Shown here one piece after another: positions 9,851 through 20,151 of a stretch of DNA of 64,000 nt (its first letter is position 1; each line of letters opens with the position of its first letter). The translations under genes were made by a program, and so were the position numbers. The stretch spans positions 2,528,001 to 2,592,000 of the forward strand of contig OY776215.1 of the NCBI GenBank assembly GCA_963675495.1, given 5' to 3'. Below the pieces are notes generated by a model. That model searched no databases. It had not been told where the DNA came from and worked only from the letters and a program-made list of their open reading frames with translations. Origin of the DNA: an uncultured Methanolobus sp. (GTDB taxonomy: Archaea; Halobacteriota; Methanosarcinia; Methanosarcinales; Methanosarcinaceae).

Positions 9851-10639
9851 ATGCAAATGACACCACAGATGGGATATGATCGTGCCATTACTGTTTTTAG
9901 TCCAGACGGACGTCTCTTTCAGGTAGAATATGCAAGAGAGGCAGTTAAGAGGGGTACAACCGCAGCAGGAATCAAAGCGAAGGATGGTGTGGTATTGCTT
10001 GTGGACAAAAGAATCACAAGCAGGTTGATAGAAGCTGAATCCATTGAGAAGATCTTCCAGATAGATGATCACATTGGTGTTGCTACTTCAGGACTGGTAG
10101 CAGATGCTCGTGCTCTTGTAGACCGGGCAAGGGTAGAGGCTCAGGTAAATATGGTATCATATGATGAGCCAATAGGGGTTGAAGTGATTGCCAAGAAAAT
10201 TTGCGATCACAAACAGACATATACTCAGTATGGTGGTGTCCGTCCTTACGGTACTGCTCTTCTGATAGCAGGTGTTGATGATTCCAGACCACGCCTGTTC
10301 GAAACTGATCCAAGCGGTGCATTGCTTGAATACAAGGCAACAGCTATTGGGGCTAGTAGAAATGCCTTTATGGAAATATTTGAGTCAGATTACCAGACTG
10401 ATATGGATATTGATGCTGCTATCATGCTGGGTATGAAAGCGCTCTACACTTCAACAGAAGGAAAGATAGATGCATCTACTCTGGAACTTGGTGCTGTGAC
10501 CCTTGATGATCGTCAGTTCAGAAAGCTGTCTGAAGAAGAAGTTGAAACGTATGTTTCAAGAGTTCGTGAAGAACTTAAAGGTACAGAGGAAGAAGAAAAG
10601 AAAGATGACCCTGAAAGTCAGGACGAAACCACTGAATAA
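9851..10639 (+). CDS. psmA: Proteasome subunit alpha
   Basis: [25 protein letters not shown] signature. Confidence 0.97.
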   Translation: MQMTPQMGYDRAITVFSPDGRLFQVEYAREAVKRGTTAAGIKAKDGVVLLVDKRITSRLIEAESIEKIFQIDDHIGVATSGLVADARALVDRARVEAQVNMVSYDEPIGVEVIAKKICDHKQTYTQYGGVRPYGTALLIAGVDDSRPRLFETDPSGALLEYKATAIGASRNAFMEIFESDYQTDMDIDAAIMLGMKALYTSTEGKIDASTLELGAVTLDDRQFRKLSEEEVETYVSRVREELKGTEEEEKKDDPESQDETTE

Positions 10640-10671
10640 ATCTAGTATTTTATGTCATGGGGTGAATTAAT

Positions 10672-11364
10672 ATGGTATCACTTGATGAGTCTGTGATCGC
10701 AAGACTCAAGAAAGGAAAGAATCATTTCGAAGTCTTTGTTGAACCTGAGGGTGCATTTGCCTTGAAAAGGGGCGAGAAACTCGATATGGGGAGTATAATC
10801 GCTGTAGAGACTATATTCTATGATGCTCATCAAGGTGACCAGGCTGGGGAATCTGATATTGTTAATACTTTTGGTACTAATAATGTACTGGAGGTAGCTG
10901 AGCAGATCATTTTGCACGGTGAGCTACAGCTGACCAAAGAACAAAGAAAGCGTATTTTGGAAGAGAAGACAAGGCAAGTCATAACTTTTATTGCGCAAAA
11001 TGCTATTAATCCCCAGACAAAAGCTCCCCATCCACCTGCCAGAATTGAAAAGGCAATGGAAGAAGCTAAAGTCCATATAGATCCTATCAAAGGCGTTGAT
11101 GATCAGGTAAATATTGTCATGAAAGCCATTCGTCCGATAATACCTATAAGGTTCGAAGAAGTCGATGTTGCTGTAAGGATTCCGGGTGAATACGCAGCAA
11201 AAGCTTATGGGGACATCGCTAAATTTGCAACCCTTATCAAGAATGAATGGCAAAGTGATGGTTCATGGGTGGCAGTTGTAAAAATGCCTGCAGGTCTGCA
11301 GAACGATTTCTATGGCCTTGTCAATCACCTCTCAAAAGGGGATGCTGAAACTAAATTATTATGA
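10672..11364 (+). CDS. Ribosome maturation factor SBDS/Sdo1
   Basis: FEVFV, GELQLT.EQR, NPQTKAPHPP.RIE.AM and IPIRFE motifs. Confidence 0.95.
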   Translation: MVSLDESVIARLKKGKNHFEVFVEPEGAFALKRGEKLDMGSIIAVETIFYDAHQGDQAGESDIVNTFGTNNVLEVAEQIILHGELQLTKEQRKRILEEKTRQVITFIAQNAINPQTKAPHPPARIEKAMEEAKVHIDPIKGVDDQVNIVMKAIRPIIPIRFEEVDVAVRIPGEYAAKAYGDIAKFATLIKNEWQSDGSWVAVVKMPAGLQNDFYGLVNHLSKGDAETKLL

Positions 11365-11373
11365 GGCTGCATA

Positions 11374-12150
11374 ATGGAACGTGAAATTGTAATTCCAGGA
11401 CAGCTATTGTCCGAAAACAAGGCTGATTCCGGTCCGGGTACCTATGTAAAGGACGGAAAGGTCTATTCCCTTTTATACGGAGTAAAGAATACTAAAAACA
11501 GGATGTCTGTAATTCCTTTTACCGGGAAATACATTCCATCTCCCAGGGATTATGTTATTGGTACGGTTATTGGGGTAACTCCTTCTAACTGGATATTCAA
11601 TATCAGCTCTCCATATGATGGCCTGTTGCATGTGTCGGAGTATCCCAGACGTGTGGAATCTGACAAAATGTCGGGAATTATGGGTGTTGGTAGTTCGGCT
11701 TTGCTTCGCATAAAAGATGTAAATTCATCCATGAAGGTAGAATTAAGCATGAGAGAACGTGGTCTGAGGGCTCTTGATATGGGCCGGGTTATAGAAATAA
11801 CTCCTACAAAGGTTCCGCGTATTATAGGGCATGGTGGTTCTATGGTCTCTATGCTTAAGAAAGAAACAAATTGCGAGATATTTGTAGGTCAGAATGGAAG
11901 GATATGGATTAATGGTAATGATGCTGAAATGGACCTTCTCAATGAGGCTATTGAGCTTATAATGAAACATTCTCATACTTCCGGTTTGACGGAGAGGATT
12001 TCTAATTTCTTGAAAAATGAGGATGATATTGTTTCTGAGAAGGATGAAACTGTTTTGGATGATGATCTCGCTGTGGATACGGAAGATGAATGCGAGATCA
12101 GGGAAGAAACCTGCAGAAAAGTTGATGCACTGCTGGATGATGATAATTGA
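11374..12150 (+). CDS. rrp4: Exosome RNA-binding subunit Rrp4
   Basis: YIP...DYVIG S1 domain and KH motif KVPRIIG..GSM; VGQNGRIWI. Confidence 0.95.
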   Translation: MEREIVIPGQLLSENKADSGPGTYVKDGKVYSLLYGVKNTKNRMSVIPFTGKYIPSPRDYVIGTVIGVTPSNWIFNISSPYDGLLHVSEYPRRVESDKMSGIMGVGSSALLRIKDVNSSMKVELSMRERGLRALDMGRVIEITPTKVPRIIGHGGSMVSMLKKETNCEIFVGQNGRIWINGNDAEMDLLNEAIELIMKHSHTSGLTERISNFLKNEDDIVSEKDETVLDDDLAVDTEDECEIREETCRKVDALLDDDN

Positions 12151-12207
12151 TCCAGATGTGCCTCTTTTTTATCAACAGGGAAAATGTGCAAACATTGGAG
12201 AATTAAT

Positions 12208-13191
12208 ATGAGTGATAAACCTGAAAAGTTCATTGATGAAAATGGATTGCGTCTCGATGGAAGGCGTATTAATGAGATCAGGCCTATGAAAATGGAGATC
12301 GGTGTTCTCTCCAGGGCTGACGGTTCATGTTATTTGGAATGGGGTAAAAACAAGGTTCTTGCGGCTGTTTATGGTCCAAGGGAACTCCATCCTAGAAGAT
12401 TGCAGAAAGCAGATTCTGCATTGATAAGATATCGTTATAATATGGCAGCTTTCTCTGTGGAGGACCGCATAAGGCCTGGTCCAAGCAGAAGGAGTATCGA
12501 AATATCAAAAGTAAGCCGCGAGGCATTTGAGCCTGTTGTTCTTACACATCTTTATCCTGGTGCTGTTATTGATGTCTTTGCTGAGGTGCTTCAGGCAGAT
12601 GCCGGAACCCGTACAGCAGCTATAAATGCAGCTTCTTTGGCACTTGCAGATGCCGGTATTCCTATGAAGGGGCTTATTTCTGCATGCGCTGTAGGTAAGG
12701 TCGATGGCCAGCTGGTGCTTGACCTTAATAAGCCTGAGGATAACTATGGTGATGCTGATATCCCGATGGCCATGACTTCTGATGGTGAGATCACCCTTTT
12801 GCAGATGGATGGTGATGTTACACAGGAAGAATTCAAAACAGCAATTGAAATGTGTAAAGATGGATGTCGTCAGATCCTTGCAATGCAGCAGGAGACTCTC
12901 AGGAACAAATTTACCAAACTGGAAGAAGTGGAAATCCCTGATGATGAGGAAGATGTCGATGTTTCTGCTATCGTTGAATCTGCATTGGTATCTTCAGAAG
13001 GAAATGAAACGTCTGGTGGCCTTGAAAGCATAGAAGAAGGCGAAATGGAAGATGATATAGAAGATGCCGATACAGAGGATGAAGTTGAATCTGTGGAAGA
13101 GCAAGAGGATTCTTTCCAGGACGTAGATGAAGAGGATATTCCTGAAGACAATGATGAGGATGTCCCCGAAGATGATGAAGAGACTATCTGA
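12208..13191 (+). CDS. rrp41: Exosome exonuclease Rrp41 with long acidic C-terminal extension
   Basis: RLDGR, ADGS, VYGPRE, RRSIEIS and QADAGTRTA RNase PH motifs; ATG 12208 after GGAG. Confidence 0.95.
   Translation: MSDKPEKFIDENGLRLDGRRINEIRPMKMEIGVLSRADGSCYLEWGKNKVLAAVYGPRELHPRRLQKADSALIRYRYNMAAFSVEDRIRPGPSRRSIEISKVSREAFEPVVLTHLYPGAVIDVFAEVLQADAGTRTAAINAASLALADAGIPMKGLISACAVGKVDGQLVLDLNKPEDNYGDADIPMAMTSDGEITLLQMDGDVTQEEFKTAIEMCKDGCRQILAMQQETLRNKFTKLEEVEIPDDEEDVDVSAIVESALVSSEGNETSGGLESIEEGEMEDDIEDADTEDEVESVEEQEDSFQDVDEEDIPEDNDEDVPEDDEETI
13126..13182 (+). repeat. Degenerate 24-nt tandem repeat (about 2.4 units; DEEDIPED/NDEDVPED) in the rrp41 tail
   Basis: gatgaagaggatattcctgaagac / aatgatgaggatgtccccgaagat / gatgaagag. 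Confidence 0.7.
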
Positions 13192-13205
13192 GGGATGTGG
13201 TAATC

Positions 13206-13988
13206 ATGAGTAATGAATCAATGTCTATACTTAAGAAAGATTATATTTACAACCTTATGCTCAAAGGGAAACGTGATGATGGCCGTAGCTTTGATGAAAT
13301 AAGGGATATAGATCTCAGGACCAATGTAATTGACAAAGCAGAGGGTTCTGCATGGATCAAACTGGGAGATACAGAAATTCTTGTCGGTGTTAAAGTTCAG
13401 ATCGGAACTCCGTTCCCTGACTCTGCTGACCAGGGTGTCATTATCACAAGCATGGAGTTAAATCCAATTGCTTCTCCTAATTTTGAGGCTGGTCCTCCAA
13501 AGGAGAATGCAATAGAGATGGCTCGTGTGACTGACCGGGGTATCCGTGAATCAGGCGCAATTGATTTAAGTAAGTTGTGTATTACGAAGGGAGAAGAAGT
13601 TTGGATGGTATTCATCGATATCCATGTTCTCAATAACTGCGGGAACATTCAGGATGCTGCCTCTCTAGGTGCAATTGCTGCCCTGTTGACCGCCACTGTT
13701 CCTGGTGGACGTGAAGGACGCGGAGAGGACGTGCCTATGCCTATCAGAGATATGCCTGTTGCCATTACACTGGTAGATATCGGCGGCGAGATGATGCTTG
13801 ACCCTGGTCTTGATGAAGAGACTGCATGCGATACCCGCATAACGATAATCTCAAATCAGGATGGTTCTATATCGGGAATGCAAAAGAGCGGTGACGGTGC
13901 ACTTACTGAAGAGCAACTGTTAAAGGCCGTATCCTTGGCATGCCAGAAAGCATCAGAACTGAGGGAAACTCATCTGTTGAATATCTAA
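13206..13988 (+). CDS. rrp42: Exosome subunit Rrp42
   Basis: KRDDGR, KAEGSA...LGDT, PFPD and [21 protein letters not shown] motifs. Confidence 0.95.
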   Translation: MSNESMSILKKDYIYNLMLKGKRDDGRSFDEIRDIDLRTNVIDKAEGSAWIKLGDTEILVGVKVQIGTPFPDSADQGVIITSMELNPIASPNFEAGPPKENAIEMARVTDRGIRESGAIDLSKLCITKGEEVWMVFIDIHVLNNCGNIQDAASLGAIAALLTATVPGGREGRGEDVPMPIRDMPVAITLVDIGGEMMLDPGLDEETACDTRITIISNQDGSISGMQKSGDGALTEEQLLKAVSLACQKASELRETHLLNI

Positions 13989-14040
13989 ACAGAAAGATTC
14001 AATATCATTAATTTCACACCATTTCAAGGAGATAAGATTC

Positions 14041-14328
14041 ATGGCAAAAAAGTATACGAGAAAAGGGCGAGTGTCCAGATCAGCTGGTAGGTTTGGTACA
14101 CGATATGGTAGGAAGGACCGTAAATTAGTAGCGGACCTTGAAGAAAAGATGCGTATGCCTCACAAGTGCTCAAAATGTGCACGTCCTACCGTCAAGAGAA
14201 TAGGCACAGGTATATGGAAATGTACAAAATGTGACTATACCTTTGCAGGTGGAACTTTCCTGCCTCAGACCAATGTAGGTAAGACAGTTACACGTTCAGT
14301 TAAGAAAGCAACAGAAGCACTCGAGTAG
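14041..14328 (+). CDS. rpl37ae: 50S ribosomal protein L37Ae
   Basis: [11 protein letters not shown]...VKR...GIWKC..C...FAGG; TAG stop. Confidence 0.97.
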   Translation: MAKKYTRKGRVSRSAGRFGTRYGRKDRKLVADLEEKMRMPHKCSKCARPTVKRIGTGIWKCTKCDYTFAGGTFLPQTNVGKTVTRSVKKATEALE

Positions 14329-14334
14329 GTGAGT

Positions 14335-14472
14335 ATGGCCTATAAATGTACAAGATGCAAAAGAAATGTTGAGATCGATTATGAGTATACTGGTATCCGC
14401 TGCCCATACTGTGGACACCGTATTCTTGTGAAAGAACGTCCAACATCCATCAAACGCATCAAAGCAGAGTAA
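14335..14472 (+). CDS. rpoP: RNA polymerase subunit P (Rpo12), 45 aa, absent from ORF track
   Basis: Manual translation [45 protein letters not shown]; Zn ribbon; AGGTGA SD. Confidence 0.95.
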   Translation: MAYKCTRCKRNVEIDYEYTGIRCPYCGHRILVKERPTSIKRIKAE

Positions 14473-14478
14473 GAAGCG

Positions 14479-14952
14479 ATGTTAATCACTTCTTCTCGCA
14501 AACCTTCTGCCAGCACGCGTACATTATGTAAGCATCTGGCATCTTTTTTCGGTTGTGAATATGCCAACCGTGGTAAGATGGGTATGGGAGAGGCTTTAGC
14601 CCTTTCTCATTACACTCCTCTGCTCATAGTAGGCGAATATCACGGCAACCCAGGTAGTATGGTTTTTTATGATCATGAGGGTTACTGTGTATTGTCACTT
14701 CATATTTCGATGTTATCTGCGGTTTTTTCATATCCTCGAAAGTCCGGTGTAATTCCTTCAATTAGGGGGGATGGCGAGCTTGTATCAGTTGTATCTGACA
14801 TTCTCTATCCTGATTGCCCAAAGGATTCTTCGGTTTCATTATCGATGGATATTTCCGGGGATAGAATAAATTTTAAAGAACAGGAAAAAGTGCTGTTCAG
14901 TCTGAGGATAAAAAGTCATAGAATATATAGTGGTGATGAAAATTGCTCTTAA
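14479..14952 (+). CDS. Brix-domain (Imp4-like) rRNA maturation protein
   Basis: MLITSSRKPS..TR...L, NRGKM and GNPG motifs. Confidence 0.88.
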   Translation: MLITSSRKPSASTRTLCKHLASFFGCEYANRGKMGMGEALALSHYTPLLIVGEYHGNPGSMVFYDHEGYCVLSLHISMLSAVFSYPRKSGVIPSIRGDGELVSVVSDILYPDCPKDSSVSLSMDISGDRINFKEQEKVLFSLRIKSHRIYSGDENCS

Positions 14953-15179
14953 TCACCAATTCTGTATTTGAAACGCCTGCAGCTCCGTTTATTTATCGTT
15001 CCCTGAAGCCTGAACTTGAGACAATGATAACTGACCGGTCTTCTGTTGATATACTCTTTGAAGGTACCTCTCTTTATCTCACCGTTAGATCTGACGACCT
15101 TGTTTCCATGCGCTCAACTCTTAACACATGGCTACGCTTAATTCAGGTTGCATCTGAGACAGCATCCTGTCTGGTATGA
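14943..15179 (+). CDS. pcc1: KEOPS complex subunit Pcc1
   Basis: SL.PE, RS.V and D..SMR...NTWLRL motifs; conserved operon position. Confidence 0.85.
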   Translation: MLLITNSVFETPAAPFIYRSLKPELETMITDRSSVDILFEGTSLYLTVRSDDLVSMRSTLNTWLRLIQVASETASCLV

Positions 15180-15320
15180 TTAGATTTGACTAATATGTCC
15201 CTTCATTTTTCGCTTTCTATTTTGTATGTGTATCATCTCTTTACATCGTTGTTTATTGCTTCTATGTACATAGAAACATTAAAATCACTTTAGGTTTATT
15301 GATATGCCAGGTGAAACCAA

Positions 15321-15674
15321 ATGAGTACACAAATACCCCCACAGATACAGAACCAAATAGCTCAGTTGCAGCAGGTTCAGCAGCAGGCGCAGTCCTTGGC
15401 TATGCAAAAATCTCAAATAGAGTCCTTGCAAAAAGAATCTGAAATGGCACTGGAGGAGCTGGATAAACTTCCTGAAGATGTTGTTGTTTATCGCAGCATA
15501 GGTGAATTACAGATAAAGTCCAGCAAGGAGGAATCCGTTTCTAAATTAAACGAAAAGGTCGAGACACTTTCACTCAGAATACAATCAATTTCAAGGCAGG
15601 AAGAAAGAGTCTCTAAACGTTTCACACAACTTCAGGAACAGATTGAACAATCTATGGGGAACCAGGCTCAATAA
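15321..15674 (+). CDS. pfdB: Prefoldin beta subunit
   Basis: PPQ.Q..IAQLQQ.QQQ coiled coil with VYRSIG hairpin. Confidence 0.95.
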   Translation: MSTQIPPQIQNQIAQLQQVQQQAQSLAMQKSQIESLQKESEMALEELDKLPEDVVVYRSIGELQIKSSKEESVSKLNEKVETLSLRIQSISRQEERVSKRFTQLQEQIEQSMGNQAQ

Positions 15675-15694
15675 GCCTATTTCCTATGCTGATG

Positions 15695-15723
15695 ACATTA
15701 TCACTGTAAAAGGGTGATAATGT
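15695..15723. promoter_or_regulatory. Perfect 10-bp hairpin between pfdB and the DHH gene (RNA stability/termination or operator)
   Basis: ACATTATCAC-N9-GTGATAATGT. Confidence 0.4.
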
Positions 15724-15735
15724 TCAGAGGTTTCC

Positions 15736-16734
15736 ATGCAAGTTGAAGAAACGGAGTTTTTTAATAAACTTCTGGATTACAATAATATTCTTTATCTTTG
15801 CCATCGGAATGCTGATCCAGATGCAGTGAGCAGTGCGTTTGCTCTTTCTGAGGCACTGGGCGGGACAATCGGTCTTGTGGATGGATGCAACAGGGTTGCT
15901 TCACTTATTATAGATAAACTCAACATTGATGTTGTTGAAAAACCCGATCCATCTGAGTATGATATTACTTTGGTAGTTGACACTTCTACTAGTTCGCAGC
16001 TCAATGATATCAAGCTTGGTAAATATTGTGTGATCGATCACCATGCTACTACAGCTTTAATTGAAAATGCCGAATTCTATCTTCATCGTCATGCAACATC
16101 CACTGCAGAAATGGTATTCGGTATTCTGCAATCCATGGGTGCTCCCATCATGCGTCGCACTGCCATGGGTCTTTTGACCGGTATAATTACTGATACAGGA
16201 CACTTTAAACATGCCACACAGGAAACTTTCAAGACGGTTTCCGAGATAATAGCTGCCAGCGGAGTGGAGTATGCTGATGTACTGGAAATGATGGCTGCAA
16301 CTCCTCAGGATATATCAATGCGCATCGCAATGCTAAAATGTGCAACAAGAGCAACCATTGAAAGAGTTGATGACTGGCTGCTAGTTGACTCTCACGTAAA
16401 TTCATTTGGAGGTGCTGCTTCATCTATGTTCCTTAACGTTGGTGCAGACGTTGCCCTCATCGGTACTTCACGTGATGCCAATATAAGGGTCAGCGGAAGA
16501 GCTAAGCGTGAAGCAGTTGCAGCAGGTGTGAATCTGGGTAAGATAATGGAAGATATTAGTAAGAACTATGATGGTACCGGAGGAGGACATGCAGGAGCTG
16601 CTGGCATAGATGTAGTTGCTGATATGGATACCATTATTTTTGAATGCAAATATAGGATACGTGATATCCTCAGAGGGAAAGCTAACCCTTCGATATGTGA
16701 TTCATTGAACGAAGAATCTCAAAAATCAGAATAA
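15736..16734 (+). CDS. DHH/DHHA1 family phosphoesterase (NrnA-like)
   Basis: HRNADPDA, VDT, IDHH, TDTGHF and GGGHAGAAG motifs. Confidence 0.9.
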   Translation: MQVEETEFFNKLLDYNNILYLCHRNADPDAVSSAFALSEALGGTIGLVDGCNRVASLIIDKLNIDVVEKPDPSEYDITLVVDTSTSSQLNDIKLGKYCVIDHHATTALIENAEFYLHRHATSTAEMVFGILQSMGAPIMRRTAMGLLTGIITDTGHFKHATQETFKTVSEIIAASGVEYADVLEMMAATPQDISMRIAMLKCATRATIERVDDWLLVDSHVNSFGGAASSMFLNVGADVALIGTSRDANIRVSGRAKREAVAAGVNLGKIMEDISKNYDGTGGGHAGAAGIDVVADMDTIIFECKYRIRDILRGKANPSICDSLNEESQKSE

Positions 16735-16753
16735 TCTAATAAAGGGCGATTAG

Positions 16754-18058
16754 ATGATAGAGTACTGGAACCCATTGGTTGAAAGGATGCCAGTTGAAGA
16801 ACTGGATAGAATGCAGGAAAAGAAACTAAAAAATCTGGTAAGTTATGTGTACCAGCATTCGGATTTCTATAAAAAGAAATTCGATGATGCAGGTGTTAAG
16901 CCTGAGGATATCCAGTCAATGGATGATCTGAATAAGTTACCATTTACATATAAATCAGACCTCAGGGACACATATCCAACAGGTATGTTCTGTGTGCCCA
17001 ATGAACAGCTCGTTCGTTTCCATGTTTCTTCAGGAACAACCGGGAAACCTACGGTAGTCGGATACACTCGTAACGACATCAATGAATGGGCTACATCTCT
17101 TGCAAGGGCACTTACATCAATTGGTGTCGGACGCGGTGATGTTGTCCAGATAAGTTATGGATACGGCCTTTTTACAGGTGGTCTCGGCTTGCACTATGGT
17201 GCTGAAGAGGTAGGTTGCACAGTTCTTCCGACAAGTTCCGGAAACACTGAAAAGCAGTTGGATCTCATGCAGGACCTTAACTCCAGTGTAATGGCATGCA
17301 CTCCTTCTTACTTCCTTTTCATGAATGAGGTTGCAAACCAGAACGGTCTGAGCATAAAGAATGATACTCAACTTCGTGTGGGTATATTTGGTGCAGAGCC
17401 CTGGTCCGAGGAAATGCGAGCCAGAATAGAGGAAGCTACGGGTATCAAAGCTTATGATATATATGGTACATCCGAACTCAGTGGACCTCTTTGCACAGAA
17501 TGTCAATATCAGGATGGTATACATATCTGGGCAGACCAGTTCCTGATCGAGGTCATTGATCCTGAAACAGGAGAGCAGCTTGCAGAAGGTGAGCGTGGAG
17601 AGCTTGTGATTACCACACTGGCCAAAGAAGCACTTCCACTTATTAGGTATCGTATCGGTGATATTACAGTTATCAATAAACAGCCATGTGAATGTGGGCG
17701 TACTCATCCTCGTATCATGAGGGTTCTGGGGCGTGCAGATGATATGCTTATTGTCCGTGGTATCAACGTTTTCCCTGGACAGGTGGAATCCGTTCTCATG
17801 AATATTCCGGAAGTTGGCGAGCATTTCATGATAGTTGTTGACAGAGTCAATGAACTTGATATCATAAAGGTTCAGATCGAGATGACTGATGAGGCGTTCA
17901 GCGATAAGGTCAATGATATCATCTCACTGGAAAAGAAAGTTGGAGCCGCACTGAAAAATGTGCTCAATCTTGCTGTGAAGGTGGAACTTGTTGAAAAAGG
18001 AACTATTCCAAGATCAATGGGTAAAGCCAAGAAAGTAATAGACAACAGAAAGTTATAA
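16754..18058 (+). CDS. paaK: Phenylacetate-CoA ligase family protein
   Basis: SSGTTGKP, YGYGLFTGGLG, GAEPW, YGTSE and GRADDMLIVRGINVFP motifs. Confidence 0.9.
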   Translation: MIEYWNPLVERMPVEELDRMQEKKLKNLVSYVYQHSDFYKKKFDDAGVKPEDIQSMDDLNKLPFTYKSDLRDTYPTGMFCVPNEQLVRFHVSSGTTGKPTVVGYTRNDINEWATSLARALTSIGVGRGDVVQISYGYGLFTGGLGLHYGAEEVGCTVLPTSSGNTEKQLDLMQDLNSSVMACTPSYFLFMNEVANQNGLSIKNDTQLRVGIFGAEPWSEEMRARIEEATGIKAYDIYGTSELSGPLCTECQYQDGIHIWADQFLIEVIDPETGEQLAEGERGELVITTLAKEALPLIRYRIGDITVINKQPCECGRTHPRIMRVLGRADDMLIVRGINVFPGQVESVLMNIPEVGEHFMIVVDRVNELDIIKVQIEMTDEAFSDKVNDIISLEKKVGAALKNVLNLAVKVELVEKGTIPRSMGKAKKVIDNRKL

Positions 18059-18104
18059 TATTTACTAGGACAACATAACTTTTAATAAAATTGCAGGTGC
18101 TAAT

Positions 18105-18542
18105 ATGGAAGAGAAGATCATCAAACAAATATCCCTTTTTGCTGAGAACAAACCTGGCCGTCTTGCGAACATCGCAGAGAATTTCAGAAAGGCTGGCATC
18201 AATATCAGGGCATTCACCATAGCCGAAGCAGGAGACTTTGGAATCATCAGGATGGTCGTTGATAAACCGGATGCAGCACATGAAGTTCTTCATGATGCAG
18301 GTTTCACTGTTTCCGAAACCAATGTGATGGGTGTGGAAATGCAAGACATACCTGGTGGTCTGGGGAAAATAGCAGATGTTCTTGGTGAGCAGAGTATAAA
18401 TATTGATTATGCATACGCTTTCGTCACAAAGACGGAGAAAGCTCTCCTGATTCTAAGGGTCAGTGACATCGAGGGAGCTATCAGGATTCTTCATGATGCA
18501 GGTGTCAAGCTTATAGACATGGCTGATATTCAGGAGATATGA
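18105..18542 (+). CDS. ACT-domain protein (PaaK-associated)
   Basis: QISLFAENKPGRL, D.PGGL and INIDYAYAF; two ACT repeats. Confidence 0.9.
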   Translation: MEEKIIKQISLFAENKPGRLANIAENFRKAGINIRAFTIAEAGDFGIIRMVVDKPDAAHEVLHDAGFTVSETNVMGVEMQDIPGGLGKIADVLGEQSINIDYAYAFVTKTEKALLILRVSDIEGAIRILHDAGVKLIDMADIQEI

Positions 18543-18721
18543 TATCCTGAATATTGTTCTTTATTTTATTCTTTTTACTATCTTTAATAGGTCTACAAAA
18601 TTATTGCTCATTTTAGATTTTAAACAAGATTCAATCCCTATATTTATCTCTCAACTTTTCAGTGATGTTTATAAACTTCAACCACCACAATTTTATAGTA
18701 TCTGCTGACATTCCCCTTGAA

Positions 18722-19069
18722 ATGACTGATACTATCAATGCAAATGGGGTTAATAAACCGAAATCCAAACTTGGCGGTTCCCATAGTACCATAATTGGTG
18801 GTCGAAGTGGTAAGAAGGTAGTATCTATGTTGAGTCAGCATTCTGAGATTAAAAAGATAATACCTTCGGTTATTACTGTAAAAGGAAAAGGTAATTCAGG
18901 AGGTATGCTGACTGCCCGCGTGCAAAGACCTGATGACCGGGGTAATCTGAGGCTGCTTCTTTCTCGTGGTACTTCCTTCCAGGAACTGCGCTTAGTAACT
19001 ACTGTTGGCAGTTTTACAGAAGGGGAGCGTATCATGGAAGAACTCAATTTATTATTGATTGATGATTAA
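18722..19069 (+). CDS. DUF2103-like predicted metal-binding protein
   Basis: KLGGSHSTIIGGR.G and D.RGNLRLLL..G.S.QE motifs; start uncertain (18662 or 18722). Confidence 0.7.
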   Translation: MTDTINANGVNKPKSKLGGSHSTIIGGRSGKKVVSMLSQHSEIKKIIPSVITVKGKGNSGGMLTARVQRPDDRGNLRLLLSRGTSFQELRLVTTVGSFTEGERIMEELNLLLIDD

Positions 19070-19081
19070 AGGTGGTATATT

Positions 19082-20095
19082 ATGTTCGTTGGAATTGATC
19101 ACGGTACAACTGCAATGCGTTTTGCTGCATTTTTTCCAGAGTCTGGAAAAGTGCTGAAACTGGAGATTCCACGAACTAAAGCAGCGGATATGACTAAGTC
19201 CCAGCTGGTGTCATCAATTGAAGAAGCTTTCGGTATCAGTAGTGTTGATATCTCTCTTATGGCTGTGACATATTCCATGGGTGATGGTATTACAGATATT
19301 GAGGACATACGAAGTGTCAATAACAGGGGTGTCAAAAGTATCGAGGGAGCTGGAAAGAAAACAGGTGGTGGAAGTCGTGTTTTTGATTCAATTGCATCAT
19401 CTGGGATTCCAGCAGTTGTTATACCTGGCATCCATAATGGGAGTAATACGGATTCCCGGCTGAATATTTTCTCTCATTCCACCAGTCCGGAGAAAGTAGG
19501 GATTGCTTACCATGCATTTTCTCTTGGTTTTAATGATTTCGTTCTTTCTGATATAAGTTCTAATACTGTAACAGTAGGCGTTGCAGCTGGCAAACTTATT
19601 GGTGCTATAGATGCCTGTATATTTGCACCTGGGTTGCAGCATGGTCCTCTTGATGTGCAGGCACTGAGGGATGTGGATGCCGGTAAGATAAGTGCAAATG
19701 AAGCATTTGTGCATTCTGGTGTTCTCAAGAACACTCCTTTTTCAGACAGGCATGATCTTATTAAAGCAGCTGAAAACAAGGACTCAAAAGCAATTCATGC
19801 ACTTGATAGTATAGCTCTCTTTGCTGCCATGGAAATTACAGGTATGCAAATTCTGCTGAAGGATTACGATTCAGCAGGTGAGGTAATTATAGAGGGCTCA
19901 GTTGGTGAGATTCCCTATGTTGTAGAAAAGATCGAAAAACATCTTGATGTAAAGGCTCATGTACTTGATAGGTGGAGCGCTGCTGTTGGATGTGCTGAGA
20001 TTGCAAAGGCTATATATTCAGGTTCACGGGATATTCTTGGCTTGAATGTTAACTTCTCAAAGCAATTGTTTGACATTTCAAATTTGAAATTATAA
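19082..20095 (+). CDS. Methanogenesis marker 12 protein (UPF0285, ASKHA-like)
   Basis: FVGIDHGTTAMRF, TYSMGDG, GAGKKTGGG and SDISSNTV motifs. Confidence 0.88.
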   Translation: MFVGIDHGTTAMRFAAFFPESGKVLKLEIPRTKAADMTKSQLVSSIEEAFGISSVDISLMAVTYSMGDGITDIEDIRSVNNRGVKSIEGAGKKTGGGSRVFDSIASSGIPAVVIPGIHNGSNTDSRLNIFSHSTSPEKVGIAYHAFSLGFNDFVLSDISSNTVTVGVAAGKLIGAIDACIFAPGLQHGPLDVQALRDVDAGKISANEAFVHSGVLKNTPFSDRHDLIKAAENKDSKAIHALDSIALFAAMEITGMQILLKDYDSAGEVIIEGSVGEIPYVVEKIEKHLDVKAHVLDRWSAAVGCAEIAKAIYSGSRDILGLNVNFSKQLFDISNLKL

Positions 20096-20151
20096 ATATA
20101 AAACGATAAATTTCAAACATCAAATTTATTGCAACACTATGCCCCGAAGGT

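Noticed and set aside
17117-17824. 235-aa minus-strand ORF (also 4050-4616, 29040-29606 and similar)
   Set aside because: Fully antisense to well-supported genes (paaK, proS, clpB); no motifs or SD
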